A stretch of 64,000 nucleotides of DNA from Amoebophrya sp. A120. Taxonomy: Eukaryota > Protista > Dinoflagellata. The DNA lies in the NCBI GenBank assembly GCA_905178155.1, contig CAJINV010000003.1, forward strand, positions 4,153,253-4,217,252, given 5' to 3'. Position 1 is the stretch's first letter, and every line of letters starts with the position of its first letter. Below, in pieces: positions 46,946 through 58,700 of the stretch. Under the pieces are notes generated by a model. The model was not told the DNA's origin and made no database searches. It saw only the letters and a program-made list of their open reading frames with translations. A program made the position numbers and the translations under genes.

Positions 46946-47594
46946 TTATGAGAGTGCCTAACTCGTCCCACGCTCGTCCCTCATTTGGATGGCAACAACT
47001 TTATTTCTGCAGCAATTTAAAAGCGCTGACACAGAAACAGTAATAGATGCAGTGCCCGCATGACAAATTCACCACGACCGATTCTAGTAGTGCTGTTTCG
47101 CCTTCGGACACCTGTCTGTCAAGCAGTGCCAAAGGGCAGAGGGTGGCGGTGGATTTGGCATTTTGCAGCATGACAAATGAGACGAGGGAAACAGAGGGAC
47201 GAGTTGTGCACTCTGATAGGGTTTGCTCGAGCTTCAAGAGGCAGAGGCAGAAGACGTACCCGACGAGTTCTACGCGACCGTACCCGTGCAAAAGCGCATC
47301 GTGCACAAAGGAGAACGGCTCCGCCCCGTCCACATGAACAAGGTCCTTGTTCTTCAACGAGGAAGCTGCACCGGCCAGCGTAGCAGACGGGACCACTACA
47401 CCCCGCTTCGACAGTTGGGCCGCCCGCCGATGGTGCTGTAAACCGGGAGACCCGCCCAGCATCTTGTTGTTGATCGTCGACGCCACTTTATTATTGCTCA
47501 TGTTCTTGTTCGCTAGCGGAGCAGTAGCGGTTGGTTTGGTTTTCGACCGGTCGTGCAAGACCGAATCGAAATCTGCCTTGCTCGTCATGGCCAT
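46946..47594 (-). CDS. Short upstream coding region (MAMTSKADFDSV...HDALLHGYGR|ALS*), possibly the first exon of the 46927 gene
   Basis: Protein-like ORF 47594-47274. The candidate GT-AG intron 47273-46958 joins in frame to GCA CTC TCA TAA, 18 nt upstream of the in-frame ATG at 46927. Confidence 0.4.
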
Positions 47595-49749
47595 GATGGC
47601 CAAAAAAACAACGCTAGGACGAAGATTGCTGACTAGTCCTCTTTAGTTACAGAGACACGAGGCACGGAGGTCTGGCTGCTCTACGAGTATTACCTCGCAA
47701 ACGCAAAGGAAAGGTGGAGAACGCAATGGGAAAATTGACGCGGTCCTCACAAGCCTCGTCGGTTGCTGCTCCCGCAGTTCTACTTTGTTCCTCTAGTACT
47801 CGTCGGTGTCGTCGAGAGAACTACTTACTGTGCCGGCAAATCTACTCGCACGGGTCGGGAAGCTGTTGGAGGATTTTTGCAGAAAGTAAATCAAAACTGG
47901 CAGCAAATGTGCGGCGAGCGTAAAGAAAACTGCGACCCCGATACTGGCAGCCCGTCGGCGGAAATGTTCGTCCACCACACTCCGGAAACGTTCACTGGCT
48001 CTGACTGCGAATGAGATCAGGTGCAATTCGTCGCACATGCACTCAAAATATCAGTACTTACACCGGGGGGCGAAAGATGTTGTTCGGGTCTTCTCCTGTG
48101 TGAGCTGAGCGTGCTGACCGTCTTCACGAAGAGCAAAGATTTAAAGAAACCAAGCGGGCAACAAGCAAAGGGGTTTCCGCTAGAAGTGGAATCTAAATCT
48201 GTAAGACCCGGTCAACACAAAAATTCGAGGTTAGACGCAATGCTTGCAGAGACGTGCTTTGAGGACATTTGATTTGAGTTTTCGTTTTGCAAACACAATA
48301 TAGAAAAAGATTGAGTTTTACGACAGACAAAAGATTTCTTTGGAGGACTATCACTTTTATAACAAGCCATTTTTTGAGAAACTCTCCTTCTCAACCATGG
48401 TCATGGATTCAGAAGTTTCAGTTTGCTCGCCCTTGCAATCAATACCCGCAGTTTTGCTTTTGCAAGACCTTGTTTTGGCGTTTTACTTCGTACAAAATTT
48501 TCGTATTTAAACTTTCCGCCTTTTTTGGTTATCTTTGTCTTCCTCCTCTCTCCCATTCAATATTTTCAGCGCTCGGTTTAGCATACAGACCGTGCTGAAG
48601 ATCCCCCCCGAAAGAAAGGCCCGCACGAGGCAACACGAAAAACATTTTCAATGTGGGAAACACTACTGCCCGCGCACCCAAAATATAGGTGGTTTCCGCT
48701 TGCGAAGCAGTTCAGTTATTGGCGCGTCGTGGTTGCGTCTCATGATTGATACCTCTTTAATCTTTATCTTTTGTTAGTTCGTGTAATCAATGTCGCTAGT
48801 TGTGTTGCATGCGGAAAAAGAAAAAAAGATATCGGTAAAAATGCAGCGCAATTTTCATATTCAATCTGTCGATGTTCGGATTCGAACGCAAAATATCTTC
48901 CAAGTCGACCCCAATTGTTCCGAAGGGCATTTAATACCACTGAATCTTCATGCCAAGGACCAAAAAACACCTTCTCTTAGCTCAGCCATGATGCTAGTGC
49001 CCTACCCTGATGAAGCCAACTGTCGTCTGAGAATAATTTGTGTTGCCGATAATGCCTACATTCCAAGTTCAGGAACTTTTTCTTACCTTTGATTGTAGTT
49101 AGATTTTTAGCCAGTTTGCCCGAAGTAAATGGAGATAAGTGATCCTCTTTTTGGGGAAAATTAAGCTTTTTTTACGCAGGAAACAGATGGAAGTCGAAAG
49201 TGTAAATTTGCTTGCTTTGTTGTATTTTTGTTTACCTTATATTCTTACAGCCAGGAATTTCAGCGCTTTTCAGGGACAAGAACAAATTGACGCCGTGGCC
49301 GTGGCTGATGCGACTACACTTTTACACATTCAGTGTTACTCGTTAGTACAGAAGAAAACTAGCGACAGCACGTTGCTCATATTACTCACGACTAAGCGTA
49401 CTACGTATGAATGTGAGACTGAGAAACCGGAATGGACAAAATCAAGAACTAGCAGCGGGGGCTGGATTTGAGTTTTCAATCAGTGCTATATTCTCGTTGT
49501 CTCTTGCCTTCAGGAAACAATAAAAAAGCATGAAGTACTCTACGCCGAGACTTTCACAAAGCCACCATCATCAAACACAAGCCCGAATCTGGCAAATGGA
49601 TTTGCGCGTCATTTAGGTTGTCGAGCATACTTTTCGACTTCTTGCAGCTAAGTAAGCACTTGGCGGAGTAAGTCCTATCTCATGATACTAGCAGTCGCAA
49701 AACCAGCTCCAACACTTGCAGAAACATGAAGCATAAGCTGCAATGCTCT

Positions 49750-52700
49750 TCAACTACTATTGCCCCTAGGAGTAGCTTGTTCGTTGTGCTGCTGCGAAGG
49801 TGTAGTGGGAAGAATTCTTTTAAACCCGACGCCGCGCAGAACGCAATAGTTTTTTTGGCAGGTCGGATCCGCCTGCCGCTGAACAATTTCCACCCAATAT
49901 TTCCTCTCATCCCCAACCTTGTCCTCCAAAACACAAGTTCTGGCCTGATCTTGCTGGTTCTTCTGCAGTCGGGCATCGCTGGTGCTGAGCATGCCTCTCC
50001 AATCGGTTATGTTCAGAGGAGAACCCGTTAGAAGCTTACCTCGCAATATCCTGGTGCTGTCGTTAGGATCTCGAAACTCGAAGCACAGGTGGTTCTTTTC
50101 GCGGTCATGCTTTATAAAGTCTGCATGAACTTGCTTCTTGAACAGTTTGGTCTGGTACTCCTCGTCGGATATCGTCTCATTATATTTCGGACTTTGCTTC
50201 AATTTTTTGCTCAGTATTTGTTCGACACTCGTCACCAGTGCCGCAGAGGGTTCTTCTGGGGGTTCTTGAAGTGGCTGGGCTGCCTTTTCCTGTTTTGGCG
50301 ATGGCACAGATGCTTGTAGGTGGTCCCCCTCCCGCAACTTTGCTTTTGAGCCATGAGAAAGTGGGTAGCCATCGATCGAATTACCGTCAACGTCGTCTGA
50401 GCCCGAAACGTCGTCCGGTGCTGCATCTGCCAACACCAGAGAAGATGATGGCGTCTGCACTACTGCGCTGAGCACCGCTGCGGTAGAAGACGAGCCGAGG
50501 GGGGTCGTAGTTCCATGATTGTCGCAAGAGCCAAGCATATTAGCACAACTGCTTGTTGCACCTCCGCTTGAAGATGAAGATGAAGATCGAGCGCCCAGGA
50601 CCGGACTCGCACCGGGCAGACCTCGCTCTTTCTTAATTCCGTCCAAAGCATGCATCAGCAAATTCTTTCCAGCCTCGGCCTTGCGGGCCTTCCGTTTTTC
50701 CTTTTCGGGATTGGACCAGTTTACATCCCACGCAGCATTATACGCCGGTCGTTTGTTGTTCCCCAGCTTTATTGTTTTTCCGGCCGTCTGCGTCTCAGAG
50801 GTCCTCCGTTGTTCTTCCACCAGCGAGTCATTCTTCTGGCTTGACTGCGAATTCATCTCCACCGTGGTTGCTGGAAGATCAGCAGGGGATTCTTGTCGCG
50901 AGGGGGCCTGCTCAGGAACGTCCACGTGCTTTTGATTTTCAACGTCGACGTACTCCCGCGAGCTACAGCTGGCGTCTTGTTCCTGTCGCGGTCCTCTTGA
51001 CGACGTATCGACGACGATGTCCTGGTTGTGGCCGGAATCCTGTTGTACTAAGGGCTGACTGGAAGACGAAGACGAATCGTTCTTGCCCGAGCTCAGAAAT
51101 GCAGCTGCATCCGCGCCCAGCAACAAGCTCTCCCCATCTATTCCCTGCGCGCGTTCTTCTTTGGCTGGCACTGCGCTTTCATCCGGTTGCGGCACCTTTT
51201 GGTCTGGATTTTTTGCTCCTTCGCTGCAGACCAATGGTAGCTGCACGGAATTGTCGTGGTTTTCGTCTTGCACAACGACGGAGGACAAGCACTTGATGTC
51301 CACAGATGACACAGAAGCTGCAGAGACATGTTTCATTTCATCATGATCCACAGCTTGAAGATTCGACGGACCTTCCGTTTCTATATCTTGCTCTTGGCTT
51401 TGACTCCTCGTAGAAGCTGGGGCGTCGACCTCGTCCTCTCTCATCTCTACACCAGCCTGGTCGCAGACGCGCTCGACGGCTCCCTGCAGTTTCTCGTCAG
51501 CATGAAGTGACTGAGCGGCCACGGCAGGTATCATCTTTATGTGTAGCTCGGTCTGCTTCTCATCTGCGCCGATCCTTTCTTTCGTCACGCACGTGTCGTC
51601 CTTGCTACCTGTCGGAAGATCGTGCGCCTGCGGAAGCTTGTTCATCGGTTCCTGCAGAGGGGATTCCTGTACATCGGCTCCTGCGTCTTCATTTTCTGCA
51701 GTAATCACACCAGGGAGCTTCTTGTCGCATAACTCTTGCTCGGATCGCGGCCGCTCGGGCTCTACTTTTTCTGGAATGGAATGTAGGTGCTCCGACATTG
51801 GACTCCTGCTCGCTTTACCAGGAAGAGGAGCTTCGTCCTGCAGATCATCTTTTTTTACGTCTATGTCGACCGCTGTCACAGACGAAACCTCAGTGGTGTT
51901 CGGGAGAGCGGCAAGCGAAGCTTGCTGTTCGACGCTCCGCCTTATCTTCTGATCCTCTCCTACTATCTCTGCGTCTACCCTACTTCCACCTGCTGGCGGC
52001 GCTGAATTCGTGGTCAGGTCGTCGTGGTCGTTTTGGTTATTTTCTACAGGTGGCAGTTCTGTCGCAGCGGCACGGTCCGCCACGTCTTGGGAAGGTGCAG
52101 GCATTACAGTTGTAGTCTTTGCGAGCGGGTCGGCTGGCATCGCCGCAGCAGAATCACTTCCATTAGGTGGCCCCGACGTTGTTGAAGATGATCCTGCAGG
52201 AGAAGAACCCGGAAGTGGGCCCCCTTCCGGTGCGTTTGCGACACAAGAGGTGGCGGATGTTGACGTAGCATCTGGCACAGGTAGAGTAGTTTCAGGCCCG
52301 GCGTTATGAGCGCAGGTTTCCGGGTCCTCGTGTGCAGCTGGCGCATCAGGCGCCCCGGAAGCAGAGGCTGGCGCTATTATTTGTTGCGGCTCCTGCAGTA
52401 CAGCGCCGTCGCCACTCCGACTGCTGGTCGCAACATTTTGCTGGGGTTTTGCTTGTTGGCGCAACATCAGCTCTTCATTGCGTTTTTGTGCCTTTTTTTC
52501 CTTGTACGCGTCGGCTCTTTGTGCTGCTTTCTCCTCTAACCATGCCACAAAGTACTTCTGCGCGGCACTACCGATGAGCAGATCCTCCAAGTTTATTTTG
52601 TTCAGGTCCTTCTTGTTCTTTCTTATACGTTGAAACGTTTGAAACTGCCTGCCAAAGGGTGTTGCCACATCTGTGTTGTAGTTCATGAAATCCGAAACTT

Positions 52701-55700
52701 TTGCAATAATCTGCTCCGCTCCTTCGCCGGGCTTTTTCATCTGTCGCGGCTTCAATACCTCCTCACCCAGGTACTGCGCTTCGCGAAAGATTCGGACCAT
52801 GTTCTGAACCTTGCTCCTCGTTTCTTGGCCTTTGTCGACCCGGAAAATCTTTTGCGACCTCTCATCGATTCCTTTCACCTTCCAGTAAGCCAAGTGCGCA
52901 GGGTCCTGCGACTGCAACACCTGCAAATCCGTCTCGCGATCTGGATCCCGGTCCTGCGGATGTAGCGGCGCAGCTTCTTCTCGATTGCTTTCATCTCCTG
53001 CACTCCTGCTTCCTTTGGCGGACGACGCCCAGCACTTCGCGCCCCCTAGCGCGGTGCCGGCGATGTCGACGTGCATAGGAAAAATTTCGCATTTCGCGAA
53101 GTAGTACTCGAGCCCGATCCGCAAAGAATAGATTCCGTGGCCAGATTTTGCCTTATCATTACAGCCCTTGAGTGAGATGGTACGGGCCCAAGTCTTCGAC
53201 GAAACAAGGCACTCGAGGACTTCCGCCAACTTTGTATCCGACAGGTGCACGTTGTAGGATAGGTCCAACATGTCGATGCTGCGGTATCAAAGTGAAACGA
53301 TCATCCCCCGCTCAAGCATAATCGATCCTACAAGACATCATCTCATGCATGATTGAATCTTAAAAAGGGGCGGCAGCTGTAGCGCATGCACTTGCATTTG
53401 TCATGACATCCAGATGCAAGAGCTGCGAAATTCGTCACGCAACTTCAAACTTGGACTTGCTGCAAACGAAAACATAAAACAACTTTACTAGAGTGATGTT
53501 GAGCAGCACTCATTAGTGGACGAAGTCGAAAAATGATGCTACAACACCGTTCTTCCACTGAAGATGAGGTGCGGGGAAGGAGGTCTTGTTCACTTTGATA
53601 AGTAACCGTCTTGGTCCTTCGCAAACGCCTTCCCCTCGGTCTGCAGGAAATCGCGCAACAAATCGCACCTCAGAGCCTCCCAGTCTGCAAGACGCAGGGT
53701 GATCCCTGTTCGCCAGGTTGGCTGCGGCTGTGGTCCATCCTCCTGGGGGTTTGAAATGCTTGTCGGAGGTGATACAACACGGTAGCAGCTTTGTTTCCAG
53801 TTTGCAAGGGCGCTTTCGCGTTGATGTGCAGTTTGACTGATCAGTCCTGGACCAAGCGAGGCCGAGCTTGTCTGAACTTTATTTCCACTTGCAGCACCTG
53901 CTCCCGCACCGGCGGCGATCTTTGTAGTTCCTTCCGTCTTTTGGTCCTTTTCGGCTGCGTCATCTAGTCCGGTCTGGTCCTGCTCGTGACCGATCTTCAG
54001 TGCTGTCGCTTTGCCGTCTCCTGTGGCACGTTTTCGACCTTTCTTCTTCGCTGGTTCGGCCTCGTCTTCTGACGCGTTTGCGGCGGAACCGCGATTCTGG
54101 TCCAGGGGCAGCGTGCCCATGAACTCACGCTGACGTTTCATCCTTGTACTACTCACTTCCGGCTTTTTGTTTTTGTTGAGCAGCTCCATCGTGTCTGCCA
54201 GAACCGACTTAATCTCTTTCCCGCCGCCTTCCTGGCCTGCCAAATACTTTGTCATTCCTCCCGAGCTCGCGTACTCTTTGTCCTCTTTAGGAACCGTGGT
54301 CTCATTGCGCTTCTTCTTGTTCGCTTCGCCAGGCGAGGAAGGCGAAGGCGCGCCAGGACTTCCTCGTCTAGTTTGATCATGTTGCTGCGACGACGAGCTG
54401 CTGGAACCGTGCGCTTTCCCGCTGTGTTGAAGCTGATGGTGTGGCGCGGTACTACCCGCAGCGTGTGTGCCTCCGCACGTGGTGCTTTCCGGTGACCAAC
54501 ATGCCTGCGATTGTTCTAGATTCTGCGGACCGAGAGACCCCTTTTTCGGTTTTGCCGCGTCGCCCAGCAGTGATGAAGATGCGCCCTTCATTAGTTGATG
54601 CGGCGGTCCGGCAGGGGACGGCTGCAGCAGATGCGGATAGATGGGTGGCATCTTTTGTGCATACAGAACACCGGGGTTACCCTTCATCATGGGCGTATGT
54701 GCGGTTGCCATGCTCGGCGGGTTCATGCCACTCGTGGTCAAGACCGGGTTGTTCATGGTGTTGATGAAGTTGCCAGCACCCTTGCCCATCATATTAACGG
54801 CTTCCTGCAACTTTTGAGCAGCGGCGGTCTGCATAACCCTCATCGCGGCCGTTACTTGCGGAGGTGGCGGTAAAACACCTGTAGCTCCAACACCTCCGCT
54901 AGGACGACCCGCGAAATGTTGTGGGGGGCTCGCAGCGGGGTTGAGTCCCGAGCTTGGCGTTCCTGGGACAAGCTGTTGCTGAAAAGGCTGCTGCACCACC
55001 GCAACGAGACCATGCGAGGACGGGGTTGATGCCGTCTGTGGAGCGTGAACGGGCGGCCCAAAGCCTGTTGTGGTCCGTTGCTTCATTGGCCGACCGACTG
55101 TGCCCCGGGGTGATGCCAGCATCATGGCGCGCTCGATGAATCTGTCCTTGTCGTTCGCTGGTGCGCCTGGGGTCTGCACTTCTCGTTGATCCTGCTCCTC
55201 GCAGTCCACCGCCTCCGGTTTCGTGTGAAGCAACTCCGTCGCGCGCTTGTCATAGCTGTCGCTCACGCTCTTTAACTTTCCCAGGAGGTCCGGGATCGAA
55301 GGAAACACTTTTGTAGAAGTGCCAGCGGACTCGGCACCGGGACCGGGAGCCGCGTCAGGTTTCGTTTCTTGTTCATCGTGTTTGATGCGCCGGTCCTTCA
55401 ACTGTAATTCCTCGGTTGACGCGTGCTCTCCTCCGCGTGTTGTTCCGCGCTTTTGATCGTCGCGTTCTTTGTCAGCTTTATCTTTGTTCGGGCAGTAGTT
55501 TTCGTCTCCGCTACAACTGCTACTGGAAGCAGGCTGCTCATCCCCTGCTGGCTTGGAACGGCGCTCTCGTCCGCCTTTGCCCCGATCCATCTGTGCTTGT
55601 TGCGGCCTATCGCGTAAGTTCTTTATCGGTGGAATGACGAATTCACTGCTGCTACCACGCTCTTCCCGGGTTCGGACGATATTGTTTTTGTTCCCCTGTC

Positions 55701-58700
55701 TTTCTTCGGCCCGCCGCGGCCGAGGAAGCTTGGATGCATCAACGATCTTCTCTTCTTCATCCACCGAGCCGTCCAGTTTTGACGACCTCGTGGTCTGTTG
55801 TTCCTTTTCGTTTTTACTGGCTCGACTCCTCCGACCAGCAGCACCTCGACGCGATGATGAGGACGAGGACGAGTCGGATGACTCCTGGTCGTTCTTCCTG
55901 TCTCGCTTGCCGCGGTCTTTGGCATCACGACTTTTCTTGTCAGCACTCTCTACACGCTGTTGCTGTTCTGTACTGCGCCCCTCTCCGTCCTGCTGGTCGC
56001 CGCGAACTCCATTCCCATTCGGCCTCGTTGTTCGCGCATTGCCACCAACTTTGTCCTTGTTCTTCTGGGCACCATCGGGGACAACATCTTCGGCGCCATT
56101 CGCTCGCACTAGCTCTCTCTTAGTTTCGGGAGACGTCGTTTTCTTGTTCTTGCCGTTGTCCTCCCGGTTGTTATTATTTTTGTTCCTGTTCGCAGCACCA
56201 GTAGCACCTCCACCGCGTTGCGCGCCGCGATCTCCGCGGCGCTCCTGGCTATGGCCGCGGTCCCGCTTGTTTCCTCGGTTTCGCTCATTATTACCTCGTC
56301 GTCGAGAGTCGTTGTTGCGACCGCGGTCTCGTCGAAGGGACCCTCCGCGGCGCTCGCCTCGTCCACCGCTTCGATCCCGCCCACGCCGACCGCCCGATCG
56401 GTTTCTTCGGCCGTCTCGATCCCCTCTTCCGCGACTCCTGTCCCGACGCCCCCGGCCTCCGCGCCGGCTGTCGCCACGTGGTCTGCTTCGGTTTCGCGAG
56501 TCGTTACTCCTTGCCCTGCCCGGACTTCGGGAGCCGCGACTACGCGACCTGCGACTTCGTCGCCGCTCCCTCCTGCGGCCGTTTGCATTGGAAGAATGTC
56601 CATAATAATCTTTAGACGACTCAGACTCGTCCGAACTAGACTCATTTGAGGTGCAACTTCGCTGGCCCACCGAGGATCCCTTACTGCGCTGCCGCGACCG
56701 CCCATGCTTCTTATCATTTCTGTTACCTTTATTGTCGTCCGTTCCCTTTCTGCCGTTAAGGTTGGATGCGCTGCTGTTTGGATTATTTCGCGAAGTGTTG
56801 GCCCCTTCATTCTTTTTTGGCGCGTTGTGTGGCTCCTGCGCGTTTGGTGAGGTTGTGTTCACTTTATGAGACGCAACATCCTCGGGACTCGTCGTTTTGC
56901 TTGCACCATGATCCTGTTTCTCATCTTGCTGCTGGCCCTTTTTGCTGCCTATCTGCTGCTGTTGATGTTGGTTCTTGTTTTTTCCCGACGCGTTGTGTGC
57001 GTTTTTCGCAGATTCATCCCTGTGGCGTTGATTTTGCGTCTGCGGTTGGAAGAACCAGGCAGAGCCCGGGGCTTGCGGTTCCGGCTGCTTGCTCGGAGGC
57101 GCCGCACCACTGGACTTTGGAAAGGAGCCCGCCGGTATCGGCGAAGTCTTCATCTTGGAGTCGGCACCTATTGGGAGTTGCAGCTGCTGGTACTGCGGAG
57201 CTGCATTTGAACTCGAGGAAGATGCCACTTCGCGACCAGCGGAAGACGTCGCAACTAGCTGCACCGGCACAGCCGGTGGAGGAGGCGGTGGCTGTACTGG
57301 TGCAGACGACGCAATTACGGATCCTACAGGCACCGGTCCTGGTCCTGCTGGTGGTCCTACGGGTACGGGTAGTATGGGTAACGACTTGATTGCAGCGGGT
57401 GGTCCTACAGGCAGCGGCGCCGGTCCTGCTGCTGCTCCTACGCCTCGTGTGGGAGGTGATGATGCCGCGATTACAACGGGAGCTCCGATAGGTAGCGGCG
57501 CCGGTCCGGTTCCTGCAGCTGCTCCTGCACCTCCTCCTCCTCCGGGAAGATTTTGCTTGCTTTGCTCGCCGCCTTTTTCTTTCTGGAGTTTCTGCGCTTC
57601 GAGCTTCCTTTTCTCGATCTTCACTTCGAGTTGCAGCTTGTGGAACTGCTTCGTCTCATCGTCTAGAATATCTTGAATGATATCACGCTCGATTTGTTCG
57701 GTGGTCGCGTCTTGCAGTTTGGCCTCTGCTTCCTTTATGGAGCGCTCGAGTTCCTTCAGCTTCTTCTCCTTTTCATCAATGCGTGCTTGACCGGCCGACG
57801 GAGCAGGCGCCGCGGCTGCCTCTGCCGGCGAAATTTCCAGCGCTGGTGGAGGTGGTGGAAACACAAATGATCTCTGCTTTTGCCCATTTCCGTGGAGTCG
57901 GCTGCGGTCGCCATCAGGACCTGTTTTCTGATTCTGCGCCACCTCGGCATCAAACTTCCGCTGGCCGTGGTCTCTGGCGTAGTTGTTACCCCTTCCGCGA
58001 CTATCGTGTCCTCGCGCATGATCTCGCTCGGGCTGGCGCTCGTCTGCTCGTCTCATGCTGGCGTCAAAGTCGAACTTACTGGGAAAGGATCGCTCTGGTC
58101 CTTTTCCTTTTTTGCCCAAAGCCTCGTACTCATCCCTTCGTCTTTGTTCGTCGAAGTCGAATCTACCGTCGCGCAGCGACAGCGGGATATCGGCCTTGCC
58201 AGACGCTGCTTCACCGCCCTTCTTGCCAAAGTTTGCGGATCCAGGGTCGTTCGACGGCCCCCATTTCTTTCCACCGTGCTGCCCTTTTTTGCCCTTGCTC
58301 CACGACTGGTAGTAACTAGGGTCCTCGTGGTGATCTTCAAGCCCTGCGAAAGGTTTCAATTCCGAAGAAGGCCCTGGTCCGTCGTCGTCGGGTACCAATT
58401 TCCTCCACACATATGAATTCATTTCGTGTGACCAAACTTCTTCATAGTCGTGGCCCCCTTTGCTAGTGTGGTAAGAACCACCACCTTTTGCACCATGCTT
58501 GTCGCCGGGATAGGCATGCTGTTGCTCCATCGGATAGCCCGCGTGGTCTTTGCCTGCTCCGTGCATCATCTGCATTCCCTTGCTCCCGCCGAACTTCCCG
58601 CCTTTCTCCCAAGGAGGATGCATCTGTCCTCCCTTGAAAGAATTCTCACCTTCGCCTGCCGGCGCTCCTGCTCCCTTTCCCTCGGAAAAGTTGGGGTCTT

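Noticed and set aside
55553-57676. Long plus-strand ORFs (e.g. 55553-56605, 57089-57676; also 12559-13452, 1251-1925)
   Set aside because: They are antisense shadows of GC-rich minus-strand exons with no independent motifs.
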